Shown here one piece after another: positions 21,295-30,783 of a stretch of DNA of 64,000 nt. The notes under the pieces were generated by a model that was not told the DNA's origin, ran no database searches, and saw only the letters and a program-made list of their open reading frames with translations. Numbering within the stretch: position 1 is the stretch's first letter; each line of letters opens with the position of its first letter. Made by a program: the position numbers and the translations under genes. The DNA is from Alphaproteobacteria bacterium (GTDB taxonomy: Bacteria > Pseudomonadota > Alphaproteobacteria > UBA7887), in NCBI GenBank assembly GCA_965216755.1, contig CBDCGL010000011.1:2464001-2528000 (forward strand), in the 5' to 3' direction.

Positions 21295-22890
21295 ATGTGG
21301 GACGACATACGGGTCGGCAGCCGTTTTATCCGGCAGTTGCCGCGTTTCCTGCGTACGCCAATCTCCGTCGACGCGGCACGCGCGCGGGTTCAGGCGCGTT
21401 TGCGCAATCGTGCAGCAAACCTGTACGCCTTGCTGCACCGTATTGCGACCTCACCGCATCGATCGCCCTACGCGCGCCTGCTGGCGAATTGCGGATGCGA
21501 ACCGGGCGATGTTGCACAGCTGATTGATCGGCAGGGTGTCGAGGGCGCGCTCGCCGAACTGTTGGCCAACGGCGTCTACCTTACCGGGGACGAGTTTAAG
21601 GGCCGGGTGCCGGTGACACGCGGCAGCGTGTCGTTCACCATCGATCCGGGCGACCTTATCAGCCCATCGGCCGTCGTCCACGGCGTGGCCGAAAGCAGCG
21701 GCAGCCGCGGTGCGCGCACGCCGGTTCCCATCGATCTCGCCTTTATCGCCGATCACGCCGTCAACACCCTTTTGACCTTGCATGCCCACGACGGCCACGA
21801 CTGGATCCACGCCCATTGGGGCGTGCCGGGCGGCACCAGCGTCACCAACCCTTTGGAGTTCGCCAAGGGCGGCACACCGCCGGAGAAATGGTTCACACCA
21901 ATTGAACCTGGCGCGCCCGGACTGCATCCACGCTATCGATGGGGCGCGCGGGCGATGTGGCTGGCCAGTCGCGTGGCGGGCGTGCCGATGCCGGGACCAA
22001 CACTGGCCCCGCTGAACGACCCCACGCCGATTGTGAGATGGATGGCCGCGGTATTGCAACGCGGCCAGACCCCGCATCTGTGGACGTTCGCAAGCTCCGC
22101 CGTTTTGGTGTGTGCGGCCGCGATAAAGATGGGAGTCGATATCCGCGGCGCACGCTTTACCGCGGGCGGCGAACCGACCACAACCGCCCGGCGCCACGCC
22201 GTTGAAAATGCCGGCGCCGTCATGATCCCGCGCATGGGCACCACCGAGACGGATATCTTGTCATACGCGTGCCGACATCCGGCGGCGCCCGATGATATGC
22301 ATTTTTTCCATGATCGCCATGCCGTGATCCAACCGGGCGACGGTGGGCCGCCGGCCTTGCCCGCAAAGGCCTTGCTCTTAACCTCGCTGCTGCCGACGGC
22401 ACCAATCCACTTGCTCAATGTCTGCTTCGGTGATCAGGCGACGATCGCACTGCGCCGCTGCGGCTGTCCGATGGAAGGTTTGGGTTGGCCGCAGCACATC
22501 AGCAATGTGCGCAGCTTTGAGAAGCTCACCGCCGGCGGCATCACGCTGCTCGACTATGACGTCGTGCGCGTGCTGGAAGACGTTCTGCCCGCGCGCTTCG
22601 GCGGCACGTCGCTCGACTACCAGATCGTCGAACATGTCGACACCACGGACGGCCGTCCGCGCGTTCAACTATTTATTAGCCCACAATTGGATATCGTGGA
22701 TACGAAGGTCGTGCGCGAGGTCTTTCTAAAGGCCATCGGCGGCGGCACCAGCGGTGAACATCTGATGGCATTGCAATGGCATGACGGCCAGGTCGTCGAC
22801 GTGGTCCGCGACCAGCCGCGCCGCACGGCGTCAGGCAAAATCCACCACGTTTTTGCCGAGACAAGTATTCCGAGACAAGCTGACAGATAG
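21295..22890 (+). CDS. Phenylacetate-CoA-ligase-like (ANL superfamily) hypothetical protein
   Basis: ESSGSRG P-loop-like motif, GGEP, GTTET, RRCGCP, C-terminal RTASGK. Confidence 0.65.
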   Translation: MWDDIRVGSRFIRQLPRFLRTPISVDAARARVQARLRNRAANLYALLHRIATSPHRSPYARLLANCGCEPGDVAQLIDRQGVEGALAELLANGVYLTGDEFKGRVPVTRGSVSFTIDPGDLISPSAVVHGVAESSGSRGARTPVPIDLAFIADHAVNTLLTLHAHDGHDWIHAHWGVPGGTSVTNPLEFAKGGTPPEKWFTPIEPGAPGLHPRYRWGARAMWLASRVAGVPMPGPTLAPLNDPTPIVRWMAAVLQRGQTPHLWTFASSAVLVCAAAIKMGVDIRGARFTAGGEPTTTARRHAVENAGAVMIPRMGTTETDILSYACRHPAAPDDMHFFHDRHAVIQPGDGGPPALPAKALLLTSLLPTAPIHLLNVCFGDQATIALRRCGCPMEGLGWPQHISNVRSFEKLTAGGITLLDYDVVRVLEDVLPARFGGTSLDYQIVEHVDTTDGRPRVQLFISPQLDIVDTKVVREVFLKAIGGGTSGEHLMALQWHDGQVVDVVRDQPRRTASGKIHHVFAETSIPRQADR

Positions 22891-22984
22891 CTTTTTGCAG
22901 AGATAACTTTGTGCACCGTGCACCGCGCTTTTCACAGCGCCACACGACCGCCACCGCATTCTTAAATCGATGAGCATCGCAGAA

Positions 22985-23075
22985 CCCGAAGAATCCCCCT
23001 CGGCACAATGTACCGAGGGGTAATCCTTCGCAGTAAAACTACTTACCGTGGCTTCACTACTAATCTTTCCACTAT
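22985..23075 (-). ncRNA. tracrRNA of the type II-C system
   Basis: 23046-23070 matches the CRISPR repeat at 23 of 25 nt; on the minus strand the anti-repeat is followed by a nexus-like hairpin GUAGU-UUU-ACUGC and a long stem CCCCUCGGUAC-AUU-GUGCCGAGGGG; ends approximate. Confidence 0.85.
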
Positions 23076-23080
23076 ATAGT
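23071..23080. promoter_or_regulatory. Palindromic ACTATATAGT giving a TATAGT -10-like box on both strands between tracrRNA and cas9
   Basis: Perfect palindrome directly adjacent to the anti-repeat. Confidence 0.5.
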
Positions 23081-23131
23081 TAACTCGATCAGACTTCTGC
23101 ATGCAAGCCAAAAGTGATTGGGAGAATGCAT

Positions 23132-26100
23132 ATGCAAATCCGCGACTCGATCTGCTTCGGCAACGATATTGGAATCGCCTCATGCGGTTGGTCCGTTCTC
23201 AATACTGATAGCCATTCGGTCTGCGGTGCGGGGGTACGGCTATTCGATGCGCCCGAGACGGACAAAGAAAAAACGCCCAAGAACCAGATTCGCCAAGAGA
23301 AACGCAGCCTGCGCCGATTGATCCGGCGCAAGCGACAACGCATGACCAAAATACGCCACTTGTGCCGCGCGCATGGCTTGACGGACACATCCCAAAAGGA
23401 CGTATTCCAAACGTGCCTCGTCAGTCTTAACGAGAACGCGGCCGGCGGCACCCAGGTCACACCTTGGAACCTCAGGGTCGCGGCTCTCGACCGCGTCCTC
23501 GCCGGGCCCGAGTTCGCGGTGATCCTTGGTCACATTGCCAAGCACGCCGGATTTCAATCGAACCGCAAAGGTGGCGAAAAAAACCTCGCCGGAGACGACC
23601 AAAAAGCGTTGAAAGCCATGGAGGGCCTGGCAACGCAAATCGCGGACTACCGTAGCTTTGGCGAGGCCTTGGAAAAAGATCCCGAACTGTCGGCACGCAA
23701 GCGCAACCGCAGTGGCATCTATGACCGCACGCCGAAACGTACCTGGCTTCGCCAAGAGATTGTGCGGATTTTCGAAACACAACGTCGCCACGACAACCCA
23801 TTGGCAACGCCCGAGCTTGAGTCCGCCTACACCGAAATCGCGTTCTCCCGCTTACCTCTTCAAGACGTCGAACATCTGGTCCGACATTGTCCGTTCGAGC
23901 CCCGCGAAAAACGGGCGTCGAAATATGCGCCATCGTTCGAACGATTCCGGTTTCTGCAATCCCTCGTCCATCTGCGCATTGATGATCCGCAACGTGACAG
24001 CGACCGCCTCACCCCCGAGGAAATCGACGCCCTCGAACGCGCCTTCGGCAAAACCCAAAAATTCAGTTTCAAGAACGCCCGCAAAATCTTGAGGTTGTCC
24101 GACGCGGGCAAGTTTCGCGGCCTGCCGATCAAGGACGAGGCGCGCGACATTGCCGCGCGTAAGAAACCCGGCGCCCAAGGGACACACACGCTGCGCCACG
24201 TGCTTGGCGTTTTGTATGATGATCTGCCCCCGGCACAGCTGGATGATGCCATGGCAAAGATCTCGTTCCGTGAAACGAACGCGTCGATCGAGAGTGGACT
24301 TGCCGAGACCGGCTTGCCCAACGACGCGATCGCGGCTTTGATGAGCGCGGTTGCAGAGAATGATTTTCACTTCGCCACCGGCGCCGGCCATGTTTCCGCC
24401 AAAGCGTGCCGAAATATCATTCCAGGTTTACGCAATGGCCTGGTCTATTCAGACGCGTGCGCGGCCACACGCTACGACCACACCGCGTCCGAAACCTCGC
24501 CGTTTGTCGCGCTTCGCAAAACGCTGGGCCACGCCTCGCTCACCGAGAAACGCAAGGCTGTTATTCAGATACTCTCTGACAAAGAACGTTCCCCCATCAA
24601 TTCGCCGATCGCGCGCAAGGCGGTCATCGAAACGGTCAAGCAATTCAGCACCCTGTGCCACGAACATCCGGCCTTGGCCGGCGCCCTACCCGGACAAGTT
24701 AACATCGAATTGGCGCGCGAGATCGGCAAGAGCGGCGAACACCGCCGAGAGTTGACACGTGGCCTGGAACGCCGCAATCGGGAAACCGATGCACTTGCAA
24801 AAGCGTTCGAAGAAACCTTCGGTCACACACCAAACAAAGGTGACCTGAGAAAATTCGAGTTGGCGCAGGAGCAAGGCTGGAAGTGCCTCTATTCCGGCGA
24901 CCCAATCGACCCCGCCCGTCTGTTTGACGGCGTGTCTTATCAGGTCGACCACATTCTCCCGTGGAGCCGCTTCGGCGACAATTCCTACCGGAATCTGACT
25001 TTATGTACGGCCGCGGCCAACCAAGCAAAGCAAGACCGCACGCCCCACGAATGGATCACGGCGCACGGACTCGATTGGGACATCTATGTCGCGCGGGTGG
25101 AGGCTCGCCCTGGCCCACGCGACCCACACGGCATGAAAGGATTGAAAAAGCGCAACTATTTGCTCAAAGACGCATCGGAAAAAGAACAAGGCTTTCGCAA
25201 CCGCAATCTCAATGACACCCAGTGGGCCGCGCGGGTCGTCATGCAGGCGATCGAGGCGTTTTATCCCATCGAATTGAATAAGAACGGCAACCCGATCCAC
25301 CGGGTGCGCGCGCGGCCCGGCGCCGTAACCGCCTTGCTCCGCCGCGGCTGGGGTCTGGAGCCGCTGAAAAAAGATGCCGAGGGCAATCGCGTGGATGACG
25401 ATCGCCACCACGCCATCGACGCCATGGTCGTCGCGGCCACCAGCGAGAGCATGCTGCGGCGCTTGACGCGCGCCGTCCAGCGATCGGAAATGCTGGGCAA
25501 ACCAAGATTCTTTGAACACATGGATCCGCCCTGGCCTGATTTTCGCGAACAGGCGAAAGTGGCACGGGACGGTATCAGGTGTTCGCGCGCCGAGCGCCGC
25601 CGGGCCAAGGGCGAAGCCCACGAAGCCACCTTGCGCGGCCTGGACCCTGACAATGGGTGCCTATTCACGCGCGAAACGGCCGAAAAATTGGTCGGTGGCC
25701 TGGTGACGAAATGCGATGGCGATTCCGCGCGCATGGCCGAAGCGTTGGCGGCCCGCATGGCGCGGCCGGAGCGATCCAAAGTGATCATCGCGGCTCTCGT
25801 GGATTGGGCGCTGCGTGGCGCGCCACAAGACGCGCCGCCGCTCGGCCCGACCGGCGACCCGATTCGCAAAATCCAAGTGATCGATACGCGCTCGAAGCTC
25901 GCAGTGCCGATCGGCGCCAAAGCAAGCGCCGATCGCGGCGAGATGGTCCGCGTCGATGTATTTGCCAAAAAGGACAGGAAGGGCCGGGACAAGTTCTATC
26001 TGGTTCCGATCTATCCCCATCAGGTGATGGACAAACAGCGCTACCCATTGCCGCCGAACCGGGCGATCGTGGCCGGCAAGGACGAACAGGATTGGGAGCA

Positions 26101-26395
26101 AATCACCGCCGACCATACGTTTCGCTTCAGCCTTTATCCATTGTGTTGGATTGAAGTGGTCACGGCGAAGGGCGAGGTGATCGAGGGCTATTACCGCGGC
26201 ACGGACCGATCCACGGGTGCCCTATTGATATCGCCGCATCAGTCGTTGCAAACAACGCGGTCCGGCATTGGCGCCAGGTCGCTCCTAAGCTTCAAGAAGT
26301 TCGCGGTCGACCGCTTGGGCAACATTTCTGAGATCGATCAGGAGGAACGGACATGGCATGGCGTGGCGTGCACATCTGCAACGCGGCCGGGCTGA
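23132..26395 (+). CDS. cas9: Type II-C CRISPR endonuclease Cas9 (about 1087 aa)
   Basis: RuvC-I FGNDIGIASCGW, Arg-rich bridge helix, RuvC-II NIELARE, HNH QVDHILPWSRFGDNSYRN...NQAK, RuvC-III RHHAIDA; GGAGA RBS before ATG 23132. Confidence 0.97.
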   Translation: MQIRDSICFGNDIGIASCGWSVLNTDSHSVCGAGVRLFDAPETDKEKTPKNQIRQEKRSLRRLIRRKRQRMTKIRHLCRAHGLTDTSQKDVFQTCLVSLNENAAGGTQVTPWNLRVAALDRVLAGPEFAVILGHIAKHAGFQSNRKGGEKNLAGDDQKALKAMEGLATQIADYRSFGEALEKDPELSARKRNRSGIYDRTPKRTWLRQEIVRIFETQRRHDNPLATPELESAYTEIAFSRLPLQDVEHLVRHCPFEPREKRASKYAPSFERFRFLQSLVHLRIDDPQRDSDRLTPEEIDALERAFGKTQKFSFKNARKILRLSDAGKFRGLPIKDEARDIAARKKPGAQGTHTLRHVLGVLYDDLPPAQLDDAMAKISFRETNASIESGLAETGLPNDAIAALMSAVAENDFHFATGAGHVSAKACRNIIPGLRNGLVYSDACAATRYDHTASETSPFVALRKTLGHASLTEKRKAVIQILSDKERSPINSPIARKAVIETVKQFSTLCHEHPALAGALPGQVNIELAREIGKSGEHRRELTRGLERRNRETDALAKAFEETFGHTPNKGDLRKFELAQEQGWKCLYSGDPIDPARLFDGVSYQVDHILPWSRFGDNSYRNLTLCTAAANQAKQDRTPHEWITAHGLDWDIYVARVEARPGPRDPHGMKGLKKRNYLLKDASEKEQGFRNRNLNDTQWAARVVMQAIEAFYPIELNKNGNPIHRVRARPGAVTALLRRGWGLEPLKKDAEGNRVDDDRHHAIDAMVVAATSESMLRRLTRAVQRSEMLGKPRFFEHMDPPWPDFREQAKVARDGIRCSRAERRRAKGEAHEATLRGLDPDNGCLFTRETAEKLVGGLVTKCDGDSARMAEALAARMARPERSKVIIAALVDWALRGAPQDAPPLGPTGDPIRKIQVIDTRSKLAVPIGAKASADRGEMVRVDVFAKKDRKGRDKFYLVPIYPHQVMDKQRYPLPPNRAIVAGKDEQDWEQITADHTFRFSLYPLCWIEVVTAKGEVIEGYYRGTDRSTGALLISPHQSLQTTRSGIGARSLLSFKKFAVDRLGNISEIDQEERTWHGVACTSATRPG

Positions 26396-27273
26396 GCCTG
26401 CATCGCAACCAACTGGTGGTCGCCCAAGAAAAAGCCGAAGCGACCTTTCCGTTGGAGGACATCGCCTATGTGATCCTTGACACCCCGCAAACGACAATCA
26501 CCGGCGCCCTGCTCGCCGCCATGATGAACGCCGGCATAGCCGTTGTGCAATCGGACGCAAAGCATATACCCTGCGGCGTGGCGTTTCCGTTCCACGCACA
26601 CTGGCGCCAGGGCGAAACCGCGCATCTGCAAACCGGCCTGACCCAGCCGTTCAAAAAACGTGCCTGGCAAACAATCGTTCGGCGCAAACTGGCCAATCAG
26701 GCCACAGTGCTGGAGACCACGCGCACAGACACGGCGGCGCGCGAATCGAAAGCCATTCGTGCCATGGTCGCCCAGGTCCGATCCGGCGACCCTGACAATG
26801 TGGAAGCTCGGGCGGCCCGTGCCTATTGGGGTGCTCTATTCACGAACTTCCGGCGCGGTGACGATGGCGACCAGCGCAACGCCGCATTGAACTATGGCTA
26901 TGCCGTGGTCCGTGCATGCTTGGCCCGAAGTTTGGCCGCATCTGGGTTGATCCCCGCCTTTGGCCTGCACCACGCCAGTGTCACCAACGCGTTCAATCTG
27001 GCCGACGACTTGATCGAGCCGTTCCGACCATTCGTCGACTATTTGGTGCTCAAAACAATGGGTACCGCGGGCATCGCGGAGGGCGCACTGACTAAGGAAG
27101 ACCGCCAAGCCATGGCCCAAGTACCGTTCGAGTCGGTGCTGCTGGGCGGCGAGAACATGAACCTCTTGGTGGCCACGGAACGGGTCGGCCAAAGCTTGGC
27201 GGCGGCGATGCGCGCCGGTGAAACCGGAGGGCTGATGCTGCCGGAATTCGCCGCCGTCGCGCCGTTGCTATAA
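26353..27273 (+). CDS. cas1: Type II CRISPR-associated Cas1
   Basis: NVEARAARAYW, NAALNYGYAVVR, GLHH, FNLADDLIEPFRP; overlaps the cas9 3' end by 43 nt. Confidence 0.96.
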   Translation: MAWRGVHICNAAGLSLHRNQLVVAQEKAEATFPLEDIAYVILDTPQTTITGALLAAMMNAGIAVVQSDAKHIPCGVAFPFHAHWRQGETAHLQTGLTQPFKKRAWQTIVRRKLANQATVLETTRTDTAARESKAIRAMVAQVRSGDPDNVEARAARAYWGALFTNFRRGDDGDQRNAALNYGYAVVRACLARSLAASGLIPAFGLHHASVTNAFNLADDLIEPFRPFVDYLVLKTMGTAGIAEGALTKEDRQAMAQVPFESVLLGGENMNLLVATERVGQSLAAAMRAGETGGLMLPEFAAVAPLL

Positions 27274-27293
27274 GCACCGAGGCCGCGCGATTC

Positions 27294-27599
27294 TTGTGGC
27301 TGATGTGTTTCTTTGATCTGCCGGTTGGCACGCCGAACCAGCGGCGCATGGCGACGCGTTTTCGCAACCATCTGAAAAAAGACGGATTTATCATGTTACA
27401 ATGGTCGGTATACGCGCGCCTGTGCAAGGGTGAAGACGGCGTGGAGAAGCATTTGCTGAGGATCAAGGGCGCACTGCCGAAAACCGGCTCGATTCGGACC
27501 CTGCAAATCACGGATCGACAATATGCGCGCATGCAGATTCTCCTCGGCGCCGCCGAAATAACGGAAAAGAAAGGAGCTGATCAGCTTGTTATGCTTTGA
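27294..27599 (+). CDS. cas2: CRISPR-associated Cas2
   Basis: FFDLPV, FRNHLKKDGFIMLQWSVY, GSIRTLQITDRQY; start is TTG 27294 or ATA 27270. Confidence 0.93.
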   Translation: MWLMCFFDLPVGTPNQRRMATRFRNHLKKDGFIMLQWSVYARLCKGEDGVEKHLLRIKGALPKTGSIRTLQITDRQYARMQILLGAAEITEKKGADQLVML

Positions 27600-27657
27600 T
27601 TTTTTTGCCGGCCGGAAAGCCAAATATTCTGGCAGAACAAGCTGATACGCGAAACCC

Positions 27658-28221
27658 AGCCTACCACGGAAAGATCAGTAGGGAAGCCACGGCGTATGTA
27701 GATGAAGTTATTTCATCTTTCAGAGCCTACCACGGAAAGATCAGTAGGGAAGCCACGGCGCTACCTGCAATGCTCGTTCCTGGTTGTCCAGCCTACCACG
27801 GAAAGATCAGTAGGGAAGCCACGGCGGCGCGCTTAAACTGGATATCAAAATAGAGAGCCTACCACGGAAAGATCAGTAGGGAAGCCACGGCGTTTGAATG
27901 CTGTGAATGGGGCTAACTTCAAGCCTACCACGGAAAGATCAGTAGGGAAGCCACGGCACATCAACGACCATATTCTGCCGATGGCGCAGCCTACCACGGA
28001 AAGATCAGTAGGGAAGCCACGGCTTGAATTCCCAAACAGTGTTCATCACCAACAGCCTACCACGGAAAGATCAGTAGGGAAGCCACGGCGCGGGCACTGC
28101 TCTCAACACCATCAATGTCAGCCTACCACGGAAAGATCAGTAGGGAAGCCACGGCCGCCGATGTGGGTGACCGGCGATCGCGGCAAGCCTACCACGGAAA
28201 GATCAGGTGGGAAGCCACGAC
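27658..28221 (-). CRISPR. Type II-C CRISPR array: 9 x 36-bp repeats, 8 x 30-bp spacers
   Basis: Plus-strand repeat AGCCTACCACGGAAAGATCAGTAGGGAAGCCACGGC at 27658, 27724, 27790, 27856, 27922, 27988, 28054, 28120; degenerate copy at 28186. Minus-strand repeat ends in TGGTAGGCT (extended -10-like) and pairs with the tracrRNA. Confidence 0.98.
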
Positions 28222-28237
28222 CCCCGCGACGTGTGCG

Positions 28238-29389
28238 CTAAATACACGCGCGCAGCAGGTCCTTGGCGGCGTCCAGGCTCAGCGGCACCGGATTGCCGCC
28301 AGCGCAGGGATCGTCGACCGCCATCGCGGCCATTTTGTCGATCCGGTTGTCGTCGACGCCCAGCCCACGCAGCTTGTCGGGGACACCCAGTTGCGCGCGC
28401 AGCGCCCGGATCCGGGCGACAAAGCCGTCGAACCCCCCGTCGATCCCCAGATAAGCTGCCGCTGCGGTGATGCGCGATTCAATCGCCGCGCGGTTATATG
28501 CCAACACGGTCGGCAAGATCACCGCGTTGGTCATGCCGTGATGGGTGTCGTAGAGCGCGCCAACCGGATGACAAAGCGCGTGGATCGCACCGAGCCCTTT
28601 TTGAAACGCCGTCGCCCCCATTGCCGCGGCGCTCATCATATGACCACGGGCCGTGAGGTCGGCGCCGTCGGCCGCCGCGCGCGGCAGGTTCTCCAGCACA
28701 AGGCGCATCCCCTCCAGCGCAATGCCTTGGCACATCGGGTGATAGAAAGGTGAGCTATAGGCCTCTAAACAATGAATGAACGCATCCATGCCGGTGCCCA
28801 CCGTGATGACCTTTGGCATGCCAACTGTCAGCTTGGGATCGCAAATCACAATCACCGGCAGCATTCTTGGATGAAAGATGATTTTCTTGGTGTGGGTTTC
28901 GGAATTGGTGATCACCGCCGCCCGCCCGACCTCAGAGCCGGTGCCGGCGGTGGTTGGCACGGCGACGACCGGGGAGATGGCGTCGCCGTCCGCGCGCGTC
29001 CACCAATCGTCAATATCCTCAAAATCCCACAGGGGTCGCGTTTGGCCGGCCATAAACGCAATCAACTTGCCAAGATCGAGGCCCGAGCCGCCGCCGAACG
29101 CCACCACCCCATCATGATCGCCGTCACGAAACGCCGCGATGCCAGCCGCCAAATTGACATCACTGGGGTTCGGGTCGACGTCAGCGAACACGGCTTTGCC
29201 CAGCCCTTCGGCCGCCAGCAAATCCACGGCCTGCCGAGTGATGGGCAAGCCGGCCAAACCACGGTCGGTCACCAGCAGGGGCCGCACAATGCCGGCCGCC
29301 CGGCACGTGGCCGCCAGTTCACCGATACGGCCGGCGCCAAAGCGGATCGCGGTGGGGAAACTCCAATTCGCCGTCGTGGTCACGGTCAC
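28238..29389 (-). CDS. Iron-containing alcohol dehydrogenase
   Basis: GGGSGLD, PTTAGTGSE, DAFIH, GAIHALCH, HHG. Confidence 0.93.
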   Translation of the reverse strand: MTVTTTANWSFPTAIRFGAGRIGELAATCRAAGIVRPLLVTDRGLAGLPITRQAVDLLAAEGLGKAVFADVDPNPSDVNLAAGIAAFRDGDHDGVVAFGGGSGLDLGKLIAFMAGQTRPLWDFEDIDDWWTRADGDAISPVVAVPTTAGTGSEVGRAAVITNSETHTKKIIFHPRMLPVIVICDPKLTVGMPKVITVGTGMDAFIHCLEAYSSPFYHPMCQGIALEGMRLVLENLPRAAADGADLTARGHMMSAAAMGATAFQKGLGAIHALCHPVGALYDTHHGMTNAVILPTVLAYNRAAIESRITAAAAYLGIDGGFDGFVARIRALRAQLGVPDKLRGLGVDDNRIDKMAAMAVDDPCAGGNPVPLSLDAAKDLLRACI

Positions 29390-30762
29390 ACGGCCTTTTT
29401 CAAATGATAGGATTTCGGCCGGGTCAGCGTTTGATAGCCGATCACCGATAACGCACCGCCGCGGCCGGTATCCTTGCAGCCGGTCCAACACAAGCCGGGA
29501 TCCAGATAATCGGCCCGATTCATAAAAATCGTCCCGGCTTGAATCCGGGCGCCGAGCGTCGCCGCCCGCGCCGCGTCATGTGTCCACAGCGAGGCCGTCA
29601 AACCAAAGGCGCTGTCATTCATCAATTCGATCGCCTGCGCATCATTGTCAACCTTCATAATGCCGACGACAGGGCCGAAGCTCTCGTCGCGCATGACCCG
29701 CATGGCGTGGTCGACATCAACCAGAATTTGCGGCCCCACATAGGCGCCCCCGTCATCGGCGGGAAACAGGGACGCGTCGATCAGCGGCGTCGCCCCGGCA
29801 GCCACTGCTTCGGCAATTTGCGCCCGCACCTCAGCGGCAAAGCGGGGATGCGCCATCGGCCCCAATGTCGTCGCCGGATCCAAGGGATTGCCCAACACAA
29901 AATCGGAAACGATCGCGACCGCCCTTTCAACAAACGCATCGTAAAGCGCGGCCGCAACGTAAATCCGCTCGATCGCGCAGCAACATTGCCCGGAATTGTA
30001 CATGGCCGCGTCGACCAGCGTGTCGGCGGCCGCATCGACATCGGCGTCGGCCATCACATAACCGGGATCCTTACCACCCAGCTCCAGCCCCAGGCCGGTG
30101 AAGGTGCCCGCCGCCGCCCGTTCGATGGCGCGGCCACCGGCGACGGAGCCGGTGAAGTTGACGAAATCGAAATGTCGCCCGGCGATCAACGCGGTCGTGG
30201 TGTCGTGATCCAAAAAAATATTCTGAAACACATCGGGTGGAATGCCGGCTTCGGTAAGGGCGCGCACCATACGTTCGCCGACCAACAAAGTTTGGCTGGC
30301 CGGTTTCAGCAACACCGCGTTGCCGGCAATCAAGGCCGGGGCCACGGTATTGATGGCGGTGAGATATGGATAGTTCCAGGGCGCAATCACCAGCACGACG
30401 CCATGTGGCTCGCGCACAATGCGTCGTTCGAATGCCGCCGAGTCCTCGATCACCAGCGGCCTCAGGGCACCCTCGGCGATATCGGCCATATATGTTGCAC
30501 GCTCGGCAACGCCGCCGAACTCGCCGCCATAACGTATTGGGCGGCCCATCATGCGCGCCAGTTCCGGCACCACATCGTCATTCATGGCACCCAAACGATC
30601 AACGCCGGCGCGCACCAGCGCGATACGCTCGGCGAGCGGGCGGGCGGCCCAATCCCGTTGGCCGCGACGCGCCAGAGCGATGGCGGCATCGGCGTCCGCC
30701 GCCGTCGCCGGCACGCGTTCCGCGACCACGCTGCCGTCAATCGGTGAAATGCAGCGGATCAT
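29386..30762 (-). CDS. Aldehyde dehydrogenase
   Basis: PWNYP, FTGS, LELGGKDP, GQCC, ESFGP. Confidence 0.95.
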   Translation of the reverse strand: MIRCISPIDGSVVAERVPATAADADAAIALARRGQRDWAARPLAERIALVRAGVDRLGAMNDDVVPELARMMGRPIRYGGEFGGVAERATYMADIAEGALRPLVIEDSAAFERRIVREPHGVVLVIAPWNYPYLTAINTVAPALIAGNAVLLKPASQTLLVGERMVRALTEAGIPPDVFQNIFLDHDTTTALIAGRHFDFVNFTGSVAGGRAIERAAAGTFTGLGLELGGKDPGYVMADADVDAAADTLVDAAMYNSGQCCCAIERIYVAAALYDAFVERAVAIVSDFVLGNPLDPATTLGPMAHPRFAAEVRAQIAEAVAAGATPLIDASLFPADDGGAYVGPQILVDVDHAMRVMRDESFGPVVGIMKVDNDAQAIELMNDSAFGLTASLWTHDAARAATLGARIQAGTIFMNRADYLDPGLCWTGCKDTGRGGALSVIGYQTLTRPKSYHLKKAV

Positions 30763-30783
30763 GCGGTCACTCTCCGTTGCGGT

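Noticed and set aside
23132-26395. Nuclease-dead or transposon-associated Cas9
   Set aside because: RuvC D/E/H/D and HNH H/N residues are present, cas1 and cas2 are adjacent, and no tns or other transposase genes are nearby
27596-28241. ORFs with repeated peptides (AYHGKISREAT, PTTERSVGKPR)
   Set aside because: These are translations of the 66-bp CRISPR period
29539-30747. 402-aa ORF antisense to the ALDH (and similar antisense ORFs throughout)
   Set aside because: Mirror frames of well-supported genes, expected at this GC content
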